64,000 nt of DNA from a virus (IMGVR_UViG_3300029288_000081:1-64000); one strand, 5' to 3'. Positions 38,257 through 48,339 are shown, counted from the first letter of the stretch. The notes: generated from the sequence alone by a model not told the origin. Numbers and translations: made by a program.

Positions 38257-38709
38257 ATGAGCTACGCACGCGGCCTCGGACAGGCCAAGATGGTTCCGGG
38301 CCAGATCAGCTTCCAGACCCTGCCCGAGGGACGCTCTGGCTTCCCGAGCCTCGACCCGCTCGTGCGGGCCGGCCTGCCGATCGCTCCGTACATCGAGCAT
38401 GGCTCCTGGGCGACGGGGCGGCCGGCGATCATGCGCTACGGGCTCGACCCCTACCGCGGGCTCGCTGGCGACTCCCTCGGGCAGATCCTGACCGGTTCGC
38501 TCTGCGACCCCACGGCGGTCTCAGCGGCCTTCCAGACGCGCCTGCGCGGAGCCCTCAACGCCGGCAGCCAGGCGGCCCTGGTGGGCGGCGCGGTGGCCGG
38601 GGTGGTAGGTGCCCTCTCCGGCAAGCGCAGCCCCATCATCGGGGCCGTGGCGGGCGCGCTGGTGGGTTGGACCGCCAACCTCGTCCTGACGGCCACGCAC
38701 AGAGCGTGA
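38257..38709 (+). CDS. membrane protein with GLGQ motif and glycine-zipper helices
   Basis: MSYARGLGQ; GGAVAGVVGA / GAVAGALVG. Confidence 0.7.
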   Translation: MSYARGLGQAKMVPGQISFQTLPEGRSGFPSLDPLVRAGLPIAPYIEHGSWATGRPAIMRYGLDPYRGLAGDSLGQILTGSLCDPTAVSAAFQTRLRGALNAGSQAALVGGAVAGVVGALSGKRSPIIGAVAGALVGWTANLVLTATHRA

Positions 38710-38734
38710 GCGCCAAGTGCAGAGGGAAGGCGCC

Positions 38735-39148
38735 ATGAGGAAGAACGGTGAGGCGACGGCCCTGCTCGACGCGATCATGAAGGCCGCCCCCAAGCTGCCG
38801 CTGCGCATCAAGGAGGCGCGCTCCTTCGACGGCTACCTCAGAAGCGAGCTTCCCGTGCAGAACGTCTACCCGGCCGACGATGAAGGCGGGGATGAAGGCG
38901 TTGTCCAGGCGCGAGAGTATGGCGACAGCATCGGCACCACGTTCTCGTGGGCCAACTACATCGCGCTGTCCGGCAACGCGCTACCGGCGCTCCTGGAGGT
39001 CGTGAGCGCGGCGCTGGAGTCGACCGACACGAAGGTCCGCGCGAAGGCCGAGGTGGCATCGCGAGAGCTGGTCAAGGTCGTGCAGAAGATCGCCGATGAG
39101 TCGGTCGTTGAGGTTCCTGAGTCAGAAGACGGCGATAGCGGATGGTGA
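38735..39148 (+). CDS. hypothetical protein (starts MRKN)
   Basis: GGAAGG RBS. Confidence 0.65.
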   Translation: MRKNGEATALLDAIMKAAPKLPLRIKEARSFDGYLRSELPVQNVYPADDEGGDEGVVQAREYGDSIGTTFSWANYIALSGNALPALLEVVSAALESTDTKVRAKAEVASRELVKVVQKIADESVVEVPESEDGDSGW

Positions 39149-39975
39149 GGCAGCATCAAGCTCTGGCGCAGGTCATCAAGGTTCGCGAAGGCGACCTCTC
39201 GCCCAACACTGGGCTCGCCCCCCTCTACCACGGCTCCGACTTCGAGCTGGACGAGCTGGACGGTGGCAACCCTGGCTACGCGGGCTCGCTCGGCTGGGGC
39301 CTCTACCTCACCACCGATCCAGCGTTCGCGAGGGTCTTCGGCAAGCATGTCTACGAGGTCGAGAGCCCTGTGCCTGACGAGCTGGTCGCCTACATCGAGA
39401 CCGATCTTCATGACTGCGGCGACAGCCTGACCATCGGAACTCCTGGGTCCACGCCGTTCACGTTCGAGATCACCGACCGCAGCACCGGCAAGACGCACCG
39501 CTACTCCGTTCTTGGCAACTGCGACGAGCAGGTGCGCGAAGGGCTTCGCAAGTGGGCCCTCGAAGACTTCAAGGAGACGTCGCAGGAGCTGAAAGACCGT
39601 GTCGCCGCGCTGCCAGCCGCTGCGAAGATTCGCATCGGCAAGGCTGCCGCTGCCGTGCTCGAAGCGATCTCCGAGTCAGAGCGAGTCGACGACATGATCG
39701 ATCTCTTCTTGGAGTCCATGTCCGAGAAGGATGGGGTCGACGACGCAACGCTCGACGGTCAGGTTCGTCCGATCCTCGAAGCGCTCGCAGAGGAGATCGA
39801 GGCGTTCGCCGACGAGAAGATCGCCAAGAGACTGGGCGACGAGATCGACCTCGATGACCTCTCCGCGACCGTCTCCGAGCACGGCTACAGCGCCTTCTTC
39901 ATCTCCGACTACGCGCCAGGCGACGAGTACGTCATCGTCGACAACGAGTACCTGCCGATCCCGGTGACGAAGTAG
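39142..39975 (+). CDS. putative ADP-ribosyltransferase-like protein with acidic insertion
   Basis: LYHGS...LGWGLYLTTDPAFARVFG...HGYSA...DEYVIVD. Confidence 0.6.
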   Translation: MVRQHQALAQVIKVREGDLSPNTGLAPLYHGSDFELDELDGGNPGYAGSLGWGLYLTTDPAFARVFGKHVYEVESPVPDELVAYIETDLHDCGDSLTIGTPGSTPFTFEITDRSTGKTHRYSVLGNCDEQVREGLRKWALEDFKETSQELKDRVAALPAAAKIRIGKAAAAVLEAISESERVDDMIDLFLESMSEKDGVDDATLDGQVRPILEALAEEIEAFADEKIAKRLGDEIDLDDLSATVSEHGYSAFFISDYAPGDEYVIVDNEYLPIPVTK

Positions 39976-40605
39976 CTACACCCTCTTGTAGACGGCGATC
40001 AGGCGGCGGCGGACGTCCACGCGCTCTGCCGAGTCGTCGGGGAACGGGCCGTCGCAGAAGTGCTCCCCGTGGTCCGTGCCGATGACCGAACGCCCAAGCG
40101 CGCCCGCGATCAGCACCGGGTCGAACACGGCCAGGTGCCAGTCCTCCACGATGTACACGCCTCCGCGCCGGAGCATCGGCCAGCAGATCGCAAACGAGTC
40201 GATCACTGAACCTGCCCCGTGCGCACCGTCGTCGATGATCAGGTCGAACTCGCCGAGCGACCGTGCCGCAGGGTTCGGCATCGGGAGTACCTGACGACGA
40301 ACTCCAGCCCGATCGAGATGCGCCGCAGCTTCGGGGTTGATGTGTCCGAGCGTGATGTCGAGCCCGAGGATCTCTGCCGCCGGCCACAGCTCCCGCCACA
40401 TGGCCAGGCTGCCGCCGCTGTAGATGCCGATCTCCAGCACGCGTCCCGGATCGGCGCGACCGCCGAGCACCTGCTCGTACCCAACCAGCGTCTGCCGATC
40501 CTTCTGATGAACGATGTCGCCCTGCCGTCTCGACGCGGTGTGCAGGTACGAAAGCCTGCTGCCGTCACGCAGCGTCACGGTTCGCGTGAACTTCTCCAGC
40601 TCCAT
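39976..40605 (-). CDS. class I SAM methyltransferase (sugar O-methyltransferase-like)
   Basis: VLEIGIYSGGSL.MW...GLDI...FDLIIDDGAH...GGVYIVED. Confidence 0.85.
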   Translation of the reverse strand: MELEKFTRTVTLRDGSRLSYLHTASRRQGDIVHQKDRQTLVGYEQVLGGRADPGRVLEIGIYSGGSLAMWRELWPAAEILGLDITLGHINPEAAAHLDRAGVRRQVLPMPNPAARSLGEFDLIIDDGAHGAGSVIDSFAICWPMLRRGGVYIVEDWHLAVFDPVLIAGALGRSVIGTDHGEHFCDGPFPDDSAERVDVRRRLIAVYKRV

Positions 40606-40618
40606 GTGTCTAGCCTCC

Positions 40619-41314
40619 TCAGAACGAGAGATGCGGCTGCGCATCGAACGGGGTAGCGAATCGCTCCTCGCCAGGCAGACCGCCCCACTTCTGAATGTAG
40701 TAGTCGCGGCAGGCACGGAAGCGCACGTGGTGCTGCTCCAGCTCCTTCTGCGAATACTGCTTCATCGTGCCGCTGTTCACGTGGTCGTAACCGCACGGAG
40801 CGATCGCTTCGGTTGCCCCGGCGATCTTCATGCGTCGATGGAAGTCGTTGTCCTCGAAGTACGCCGGCCAAAACATCTCGTCGAAGTATCCGACCTTCTC
40901 GAAGAGCGACAGGCGAACCATGAAGCACGAGAACATCTGGTGCATCGTCGACCGCGCGGGATCTGGAAAGGCGAGGTCTACACCAGTCTCTTCCATCGTC
41001 TTCAGAAGCTGCTCGATGCAATTCGTACCGAGAGAGACGTCGTCGCCGCAGATCAGCAGTCGATCCTCCGGCGTCTTCAGGTTGTCACGCGCAAGAATGT
41101 TCCACGACGGACCCACGCCGAGGTTCTTGCCAGGCCTGACGATCTCGACCGGCCTCGTGTGCAGAGGGTTCTGGTATCCGCCGTCCGCGAGCTTGCCGCC
41201 GTTGTCAACGACGACAATCTGATCCGGCGGAAGCGTGCCGGCGCATGCAGACGCGAGCAGCTCGGCACAGAGGTCGTAACGGTTGAGGGTTGGGACACCC
41301 AGGGTAACGATCAC
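40619..41314 (-). CDS. GT2 glycosyltransferase
   Basis: VPTLNR, VVVDNG, NLGV..SWN, GDD, VGYFDEMFWPAYFEDND. Confidence 0.9.
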   Translation of the reverse strand: MIVTLGVPTLNRYDLCAELLASACAGTLPPDQIVVVDNGGKLADGGYQNPLHTRPVEIVRPGKNLGVGPSWNILARDNLKTPEDRLLICGDDVSLGTNCIEQLLKTMEETGVDLAFPDPARSTMHQMFSCFMVRLSLFEKVGYFDEMFWPAYFEDNDFHRRMKIAGATEAIAPCGYDHVNSGTMKQYSQKELEQHHVRFRACRDYYIQKWGGLPGEERFATPFDAQPHLSF

Positions 41315-41439
41315 GGGCGCTCCCCCTCGTGTCGGATCACCACCGTTGCGAGCCATGCGCGTCGCCCCACTTCGACAGGCTCGTTCTCCCAGTACGCTTC
41401 GATCGTCCTGGCTATCGCAGGCTTGTCCCAGTCGCTCAT
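41311..41439 (-). pseudogene. 42-aa ORF, possible truncated gene remnant
   Basis: coupled on both sides (MSDWDKPAIARTIEAYW...) but very short. Confidence 0.3.
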
Positions 41440-42632
41440 CACTCGCGCCTCTCTCCGGACAGGTGTGCGGTGTGCTGCATGTTGAACGTGTGGTTGCGCT
41501 TGTAGGTGACGAGCGCGTCGATCGGCCAGATGGGTCCGTAGCCCGCCTGCACGAGCGATCGGTAGAAGAGGCCATCGACCACGTAGCCGATCACCGCGGG
41601 GTCCGACGGCCACTCGGGAACCTTGTCGAGACACGAGCGCCGGTGGGCGACCTGGCTCTGGTCGAGCTGGCAGAGCGGGTCCATCACCGGTCCGCCAGGG
41701 TACAGCAAGCCGCCCACGTTGCCTGCTCCGTCGACATAATGCAGGCGCCCGTACGCCATCATCACCGACGGGTTCCGGAACACGGACTCGAAGTGGATGA
41801 AGCGGTTGGGCGCGAAGAAGTCGTCGTCGGGGAGGTAGTGGATGATGTCGTTCTTCGCGACACGAAGTGCGTCGTTGATGCGCTTCACCGCCCGCACGTT
41901 GCCATCAGCCCGGAGCCCCGGCGGCGGACGGTCCGGAGCGTGGAGGAGCAGGCAGCGCGGGTCGCCGTCGGTGAACGACCGGATCACACTGATCGTCTCG
42001 TCGCTCGACGCGTCGTCGCTGACGATCAGCTCCCAGTTGGGGCCGGTCTGCTCGACGATCGATTTCAGCGTCTGAGCGATGAGGCGCGGCCGGTTGTAAC
42101 TTCCAACGATCACGGTGTGCGTGATCGCACCCGACGGAAGTGCGGCCATGTGGACGTGGTCGCTCCCCTCGACGCCGCTGATGACCTTCTTGTAGCCGGC
42201 CCGCTCGTAGATTCTGTGAGCCGACGTGTTGCCCGGCTTCACGTCGAGCTGGACACGAGCGAAGCCTGCGCTCAACGCCCAGGTCGTGAGAACACGCGTT
42301 GCTCGACCTCCGAAGCCAAGACAGAGCCGCTCGTCGTCGCCGACCACGAGGCGTCCGAACGTGACGGTCAGTGGTGGCTCGTGCTTGCTGTAGAGCGAAG
42401 CCTGTCCGATGGGCCCCTTCTCGTCGCCGAAGATCCAGACGCACTCCTTGTCGGCGCGTGACTCGTACTGGCGAAACCACGCCTCGTGCGTCTCGAAGGA
42501 AAACTCCGAGCTGTCTCCGAGCATCTCGCGCACGCGTGGCTTCATCCGCCAGTCGTACGTCATGCGCAGATCCGTCGCCTGAAGAGGCCTGAACCAGAGA
42601 CCTTCCCCACTCAACTCGGTCCTCAAGCTCAT
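41439..42632 (-). CDS. GNAT N-acetyltransferase-GT2 glycosyltransferase fusion
   Basis: PseH-like FRPL...WR...H.AWF...GFG...N..A..IYERAGY; then SYNRP...DDASSD...DDD. Confidence 0.85.
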   Translation of the reverse strand: MSLRTELSGEGLWFRPLQATDLRMTYDWRMKPRVREMLGDSSEFSFETHEAWFRQYESRADKECVWIFGDEKGPIGQASLYSKHEPPLTVTFGRLVVGDDERLCLGFGGRATRVLTTWALSAGFARVQLDVKPGNTSAHRIYERAGYKKVISGVEGSDHVHMAALPSGAITHTVIVGSYNRPRLIAQTLKSIVEQTGPNWELIVSDDASSDETISVIRSFTDGDPRCLLLHAPDRPPPGLRADGNVRAVKRINDALRVAKNDIIHYLPDDDFFAPNRFIHFESVFRNPSVMMAYGRLHYVDGAGNVGGLLYPGGPVMDPLCQLDQSQVAHRRSCLDKVPEWPSDPAVIGYVVDGLFYRSLVQAGYGPIWPIDALVTYKRNHTFNMQHTAHLSGERRE

Positions 42633-43783
42633 GACATCACCTCGCTGAGCGAACGCACGACGCGCTCGACAGCTGCATAGCTCATGCGCAGGTGCAGAGG
42701 CAGAGACATGAGCGATCCGCTGAGCCTCAGGGCCTGCGTACACGTCGTCGCGCCCCTGGCGCCCACATACGGCGCGTAGACAGTGTTGCTCTTGTAGTGA
42801 ACGCCGGGGAAGATGCCCATCGCGTTGAGCTTCATCATGACCGCGTCGCGGCCGGGGATGAGCACCTGAAACAGGTGACGCGACGAGATGCAGCTGGCGT
42901 CGTGCTCGATCGCCACCACGTTCGGCTGCTCCGAGTTTCGCAGGCACGTGATGTAGTGATCGGCCAGAGCGCGCCTGTACGCGTTGTCCCTGTCGAGGAG
43001 CGGGAGCTGCGAGAGCGCGATGCCCGCCATCATCGAGTTGCCGTTGTACTTGTAGCCGACGTCCGGAACGTCGTAGTCCCATCGGTACCGCCCCTTCTGG
43101 AGGGTGCGCGTGTACGTGTCCTTGTCGATGCCGAGCCACGAGAGCGCGCGAGCGCGACGGTCCAGCTCCGCGTCCAAGAACGACACCGCGCCGCTGTCAC
43201 CGGTCGGCAGGTTCTTCACCGCCTGGAACGAGTACGTGACCGCGTCGGCTCCGAACGTGGCGTCGCCGCCTGACTTGAGCCTCGTGCCAGCCATGTGAGC
43301 CGCGTCGAGGATGAGCTGGAGGTTGCGCCGACGGCACAACGCTGCGATCTCGCCCAGGCGCCCCACGTTGCCGCCGAGGCCGACGAACATCACCGCTCGC
43401 GTTCGATCCGTGATGCTTGCCTCGACACTCGCAGGATCGAGACAGCCGGACAGGTCAACGTCGGCGAACACCGGCGTGAAGCCCTCGTAGAGAATCGCGT
43501 GGTTCGTCGACACGAAAGTGATCGGCGTCGTGATGACTTCCGCGTCCTCCGACCACTCGTGCTTCTCGGCGAGAAGCTCGACGGCCAGATGAAGTGCAGA
43601 GGTGGCAGAGTTCAGGAAGTGGACGAAGGAACGGCCGGTGTGCTCCGCCCACTTCTTCTCGAACACGAGCGCCTTGTCTCCCATGCCCGTCCAGCCGCGC
43701 TCCAGCGAGTCGCGCATCTCACGGATGCAGCTCTCGATGTCGAACGTGGGAACGAACAGGTGGATGGGTTCGTCGGCACCCAC
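42629..43783 (-). CDS. DegT/DnrJ/EryC1/StrS NDP-sugar aminotransferase
   Basis: NSATSALHLA, TFVST, LDAAH, YSFQAVKNLPTGDSG. Confidence 0.93.
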   Translation of the reverse strand: MGADEPIHLFVPTFDIESCIREMRDSLERGWTGMGDKALVFEKKWAEHTGRSFVHFLNSATSALHLAVELLAEKHEWSEDAEVITTPITFVSTNHAILYEGFTPVFADVDLSGCLDPASVEASITDRTRAVMFVGLGGNVGRLGEIAALCRRRNLQLILDAAHMAGTRLKSGGDATFGADAVTYSFQAVKNLPTGDSGAVSFLDAELDRRARALSWLGIDKDTYTRTLQKGRYRWDYDVPDVGYKYNGNSMMAGIALSQLPLLDRDNAYRRALADHYITCLRNSEQPNVVAIEHDASCISSRHLFQVLIPGRDAVMMKLNAMGIFPGVHYKSNTVYAPYVGARGATTCTQALRLSGSLMSLPLHLRMSYAAVERVVRSLSEVMS

Positions 43784-43786
43784 CGC

Positions 43787-44338
43787 TCAGCCCTCTCGCG
43801 GCTTCATGCCGGACAGGTCGATGTCGTCGGCTTCCGGCAGATGATCACGCGACGGTCCGCTCGGCGTCGGAGACGGATCACCCAGCGTCGAGCCCAGTAT
43901 GACACCCCCCATGATGGCCCCGAGCTTCTCTCCGGCCTTCTCGAAGAAGACGTCGGCAGCCTCGCCGTACTCCTTCTTGCGGTTCGCCGACGCCTGCCCG
44001 CGAATCGAGAAGTCGCCGCCGCCCATCATCGCCATGTCCACGAGGGTCAGCGAGTTGCAGACGGGACACGGACCCTGGTAGCCGTACGGGTCGCCGCCCA
44101 TCGCTTCCAGCTCCTCCTTGTCGAACTCGATCGTGAGGCCTCGCGGGTACTTGCTGGCACCGCCGTCGTTGAAGCCGCAGGTCATGCACCAGAACAGGCC
44201 CCGGTTCGGAGGCAGCTCGCCGCTGACGACGCGAGCGAGCTGGGTGGCCTCCTTGTGCGAGGCCGGCACGATCGCCGTCGACTGGATGTCGCTCTTCACG
44301 GCGCTCTCGGGGAGCCCGGTGTTCCGTTCGTCAGCCAT
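43787..44338 (-). CDS. Zn-ribbon hypothetical protein
   Basis: CMTC...CPVC; AGGAG RBS. Confidence 0.7.
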   Translation of the reverse strand: MADERNTGLPESAVKSDIQSTAIVPASHKEATQLARVVSGELPPNRGLFWCMTCGFNDGGASKYPRGLTIEFDKEELEAMGGDPYGYQGPCPVCNSLTLVDMAMMGGGDFSIRGQASANRKKEYGEAADVFFEKAGEKLGAIMGGVILGSTLGDPSPTPSGPSRDHLPEADDIDLSGMKPREG

Positions 44339-44567
44339 TCGACTTCTCCTTCTTCTTCAACGACGACTCCTTCGAGTCCTTCTTGGTGTTCAGGGTCGCC
44401 ATGTCGAAGGCCTCGATCAGGAAGTTGAGCACCGCCGAGACGTTCGGGTGCCCCTTCGCGTTGATCCAACCCTTCGCCTTCGCGAGAGCCAGGAGCTTCT
44501 CGGCGTTGCGAGCCGTCGCACGGAACGACAGTCGCTCGCTCTGCGTTTCGCGCGTCGGCTCGGCCAT
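44331..44567 (-). CDS. ribbon-helix-helix-like protein
   Basis: RLSFRAT...EKLLALAK...NVSAVLNFLIE. Confidence 0.55.
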   Translation of the reverse strand: MAEPTRETQSERLSFRATARNAEKLLALAKAKGWINAKGHPNVSAVLNFLIEAFDMATLNTKKDSKESSLKKKEKSNG

Positions 44568-44568
44568 C

Positions 44569-44865
44569 TCAGCTGCCGATCTTGCTGATCGCGCGCACCA
44601 TGAAGATGTCGCTGCCGGAGAGGTAGATGTACGCCCTCGTCGGCACACCGGCCGGCGACGGCACGAGCGTCGTGAACTCCCACTCGTCGCTGTCGCCCAG
44701 CTCACGGAACTTCTGCGCGGTGAACGCGACGAGGGTGTTGGCGGGGATGTCCACGACCTTGCCGTCGGGACCGGTCACCTGCTGGATGTTGAAGTCCATG
44801 ACCCGCGTCAGGACCTCGATCGGCCCGTCGCCACCGAGATGCTTGAGAACGATGCCCTTGCTCAC
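44569..44865 (-). CDS. small beta-rich protein
   Basis: GGAGG RBS, GTGA overlap. Confidence 0.65.
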   Translation of the reverse strand: MSKGIVLKHLGGDGPIEVLTRVMDFNIQQVTGPDGKVVDIPANTLVAFTAQKFRELGDSDEWEFTTLVPSPAGVPTRAYIYLSGSDIFMVRAISKIGS

Positions 44866-45935
44866 GTTGCCTCCATCCATTCCTTGAGTCTCTCGACCCA
44901 CTGCGCCGCAGCGTACTCCCACGACCCCCACCCAGGCTCCGCCGCCTCGCCGACGCTGACCGTCGCCTGGGCCATCCAGTCACGTGCGAAGGGGGTGATG
45001 GCCAGGCTGAGCATCTCCGTGAACGTGGCGCCGTCCACGACGGGCGCGAGGCCCGCCTCGAACGCGAGCGGCCGCATGTGCGGCGTTGGGATCGGCAACC
45101 ATGCGCCAGGGCGCAGCGCCAGGAACTCCGCGTGTCCTGTGTTGCAGGTCGTCAGGAGCGGCACCTGGGCCACGAGCGCCGCGAGCATCATCATCCCGAA
45201 GCCCTCGGACCGCGAAGGCGCCACGATTAGGTCGGCGTGCTCGTAGAGAGTGGTCAGGTCCTGGTCACTCGTGCCCAGGGCGCCCGAGGGCTCGTAGGTC
45301 ACCGTCTCGTCGATGCCGAGGTCGGCGATCCTGTAGAGGGCGTCCTTGCGGAGCGCAGGCGGCCCATGGATCGTCAGGACGGCGTCCGGACCGGCTCGAC
45401 GCCGGCTCCACGCTTCGAGAAGCGTCTCGGTGCCCTTGCGGCTCGGCCAGGCCTGGTCGCTGGTGAAGTGCAGCACGCGCACCGGGCCGCCGATGGCTCG
45501 ATCCGTCTTGTGGAGAGGGCCAGAGATCGGACTCCCGAGCGGGAGCACGGACACCGAGTCGATCTCCGACGACCGGAGAGTCGTGTTGGCGCAGAACCTC
45601 GACGGAGCGATGGCAAGCCCGAACTTGCTGATCGTCTCTCCATGCTCCTCGATGAGAGTGTCCGTGTTCGGGCTCACGAAGATGGCCGACCGCTCGCGGC
45701 CGAACATCTCCGCGTAGCCCGAAACGTAGTGGTTGGGCGCCGCGACCAGCAGCGTGTGTGTCGGGGTTCCCGCAGCGCTACGGAGGCCGCTCCACCTGGG
45801 ATGCCAGGACTGATCGAAGTTCTGGCAGCCGGCGAGCATGCCAGCGTCACGCAGCGCCTCGGCCACGCGCCCAGCGACCGTGGCGTACGAGTAGAGGGTC
45901 CCGAAGTGACCGGCGACGAGGATCATCAGAGCCAC
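44862..45935 (-). CDS. GT4 (GT-B) glycosyltransferase
   Basis: RKGTETLLEAW; PSRSEGFGMMMLAAL. Confidence 0.85.
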   Translation of the reverse strand: MALMILVAGHFGTLYSYATVAGRVAEALRDAGMLAGCQNFDQSWHPRWSGLRSAAGTPTHTLLVAAPNHYVSGYAEMFGRERSAIFVSPNTDTLIEEHGETISKFGLAIAPSRFCANTTLRSSEIDSVSVLPLGSPISGPLHKTDRAIGGPVRVLHFTSDQAWPSRKGTETLLEAWSRRRAGPDAVLTIHGPPALRKDALYRIADLGIDETVTYEPSGALGTSDQDLTTLYEHADLIVAPSRSEGFGMMMLAALVAQVPLLTTCNTGHAEFLALRPGAWLPIPTPHMRPLAFEAGLAPVVDGATFTEMLSLAITPFARDWMAQATVSVGEAAEPGWGSWEYAAAQWVERLKEWMEAT

Positions 45936-48250
45936 TCCCGAGCCTTCTCGGACGACAAGATCTTCCGCAGCGCCTCACGCAGAGGACCGAGCGTCGCAGG
46001 TCCGAACGCCTCGCGGATGTACTCCGCCGACGCCACGTCGACCATGCGGCCCTCGGTCATCGCGGCGCGCATGGTACCAGCGAGGTCGGCGACTGCGTAC
46101 GTGCCCCACTTCGTGCTGCGCTCGAACATGAGCCCGAGCTTCATCATCGCCGGGTCGACGGGGGTCAGGTGGTGACTGAAGAGGTGATCGCAGAACGACC
46201 CGCTCTCCACCCGCGTCTCGAAGATCATCTCTCCGACCGCGCCGTAGTCACTCGACACGATGGGCACGCCCTGAGCCTTGGCCCAGACGTGCGGGATGCC
46301 CAGGCCTTCGCCGTAGGACGGATTGACGTAGCAGTCGAGCGTGCCGAGCCACTCGATCACCTGCTGGTCATCCAGGTCGGTGCCCAGCTCCAGCTGAAGC
46401 CTCGGCATCTTCTTGGACGCGGGGAAGTTGTCGTCGCCGAACTCCTTGGCGATCTCGGCGATCTCCGCCGTGAGCTGTTCCTTGAACTTCTTGATCGTTA
46501 TGCCGCTGTTGAGCGGGCTCGTGCGGATGACGAGCACGACCGGCTCGTCGCGAGTGAAGTTGCCGAAGTACGCGCGCAGCAGGTCGAACATGCCCTTGCG
46601 CTTCTGCCAGGTGCCGAGCGTTCCGAGGACGAACGGGTCGGCCCAGGTGACGAGGCGGTTCTTCGCCTTCTGGAGCTGCTCGATCGGCGTCATCTTCCAG
46701 AAGCCGCTCGTGAGCATCGGTCGGACGACGTCCACTCGTCCTTCCGGCACGCCAGCCGCGACGAAGGCGCTCTTGACGAACTTGCTGACGACCCAGACCT
46801 GCTTGAAGATCGGCCCGGTCGCGAGGTCCCTCGCGTACCGCGAGACCCTGTCGCCCTCGAAGGCGCAGTACGGGATGACGGGGCAGCTCCCCTCGTCTTC
46901 CATCTCGGCGGCCACCTCCAGGGGGAAGCTCACGAAGAGCGCCTGAGGCCAGCCGACCGCTTCCTTCGTCCACTCGAAGAGCTGCGCGTCGCGGTCCTTC
47001 GGGAAGCGCTCGATGTCGATATCCATCGATCGGTGCGGCGTGAGCTGCGTCTTGATCTTCAGCTCCTTCGCGAGCATCCAGTGCAGCGCCACGGCGTGCG
47101 TGGCGTAGCCGGAGCGGTGCGCGGTGCCGAAGCAGTTACCGGTGAGCAGGTTTCCCTCAAGCGCGAAGGTATGAGTCTCCGGCACCTCAGCGCAGAACAC
47201 TTCCTCGACCGTGCCGGTAGCTTCGACGAAGTCGACGAACCAGTCACGACGCTCCTTACCTGACTTGCGAGCCAGCCACCGCTCCCTGTGCTCCCTGACG
47301 AGAAAGAAGTCTTCAGTCAGAGCATTGCGTCCGAAGGCGATCATGTACCAATCACGCAAGCCTTCGCTGAAGCCGCCAGACCGGTGGGTTGCGCGGACGC
47401 CATAGGTAAAGATCCCAAGCTGACGACACACCCTGTCAACGTGTTCGACGGCAGACACCGACGCGCTCCCCAACGTGGGACGGCCCTCCTCGTCTACGCA
47501 CCCGTCGGCCGCGAAGTAGCCAGCGAGCCAGCCGTAGAGGTACGACGGAGACTCGTTGAGGTCGGGCAGCGTCTTGAAGTGGTTCGGAAGCCCGACGATC
47601 CTAACGCCGGACACTCCGCCGTCGGTTTTGTAATCGTAACGGTTCCCCCACGGGAAAAACTGCGAGAGGGCAAGATCCTTCTCGCCCCAAAGTGTCGCCG
47701 CTGTCCCTCGCTCCTCGTAGTGGCCGTCACCGAAAACGAATCCGTGAGCAACGGCCCAGGGAGACACGGCAAGCGTGCCCGAACGCGGGAACGCGGCAGA
47801 CCGCAGTCGCATATCCTTCTTCAGGTCACACGTTGTGATCTCGTCCCAGGAGGGATCACCATGCGGCTCCGACGCGAACCAACGGTGACCGTCCGTTGCG
47901 CGGATGATCTTGGTCTGGCCATTGCGGCGAATGCCGATCTTGAAGAGCTGCTGCTGGCCAAACGACTTGATGGGTGCCATCACCCACTTGGAGTAGCCGC
48001 GCACATCCGTCGTCAAGACCTCGACGGTCTGACCCGCGAGCGATCCGATCGGCACCCCACCGCATCGCATCAGCACCTGGGTCTCCGCGGCCAGACAATG
48101 CCAGAGCCCGTGGACATCGTAGCCATCGGCCGGCGGGGCGACGTAGTTGCGAATGGGCGAGTGACGAACCTGATCCTCGAACGACTTCAGATCGTCGTGC
48201 GGGCGATCCTTGTACTCGGAGAAGTTCGCATCGTCGGGCGTGTCTGACAT
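45926..48250 (-). CDS. GT4 glycosyltransferase containing an intein
   Basis: SGYA, RKGMFDLLRAY, PSYGEGLGIP; ATG at 48250 follows TTGCTT-N17-TAGGGT. Confidence 0.85.
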   Translation of the reverse strand: MSDTPDDANFSEYKDRPHDDLKSFEDQVRHSPIRNYVAPPADGYDVHGLWHCLAAETQVLMRCGGVPIGSLAGQTVEVLTTDVRGYSKWVMAPIKSFGQQQLFKIGIRRNGQTKIIRATDGHRWFASEPHGDPSWDEITTCDLKKDMRLRSAAFPRSGTLAVSPWAVAHGFVFGDGHYEERGTAATLWGEKDLALSQFFPWGNRYDYKTDGGVSGVRIVGLPNHFKTLPDLNESPSYLYGWLAGYFAADGCVDEEGRPTLGSASVSAVEHVDRVCRQLGIFTYGVRATHRSGGFSEGLRDWYMIAFGRNALTEDFFLVREHRERWLARKSGKERRDWFVDFVEATGTVEEVFCAEVPETHTFALEGNLLTGNCFGTAHRSGYATHAVALHWMLAKELKIKTQLTPHRSMDIDIERFPKDRDAQLFEWTKEAVGWPQALFVSFPLEVAAEMEDEGSCPVIPYCAFEGDRVSRYARDLATGPIFKQVWVVSKFVKSAFVAAGVPEGRVDVVRPMLTSGFWKMTPIEQLQKAKNRLVTWADPFVLGTLGTWQKRKGMFDLLRAYFGNFTRDEPVVLVIRTSPLNSGITIKKFKEQLTAEIAEIAKEFGDDNFPASKKMPRLQLELGTDLDDQQVIEWLGTLDCYVNPSYGEGLGIPHVWAKAQGVPIVSSDYGAVGEMIFETRVESGSFCDHLFSHHLTPVDPAMMKLGLMFERSTKWGTYAVADLAGTMRAAMTEGRMVDVASAEYIREAFGPATLGPLREALRKILSSEKAREWL
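47135..48097 (-). mobile_element. intein (321 aa) with LAGLIDADG homing endonuclease
   Basis: H|CLAAET...ATDGHRW...HGFVFGDG...LAGYFAADG...VFCAEVPETHTF...LTGN|C. Confidence 0.9.
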
Positions 48251-48302
48251 GATGCGGGACCCTACAGCAGGTTTGTCTGACAAGCAACCGTCAGAGAAAA
48301 AC

Positions 48303-48339
48303 TTGACGACCCGCAGAACAGCCGCTAGGGTGTCCGACA
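48303..48339 (+). promoter_or_regulatory. promoter for tRNA-like/Pth2 unit with TGTCCGACA over the start site
   Basis: TTGACG-N17-TAGGGT then palindrome 48331-48339; two more copies at 48241 and 48274. Confidence 0.65.
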
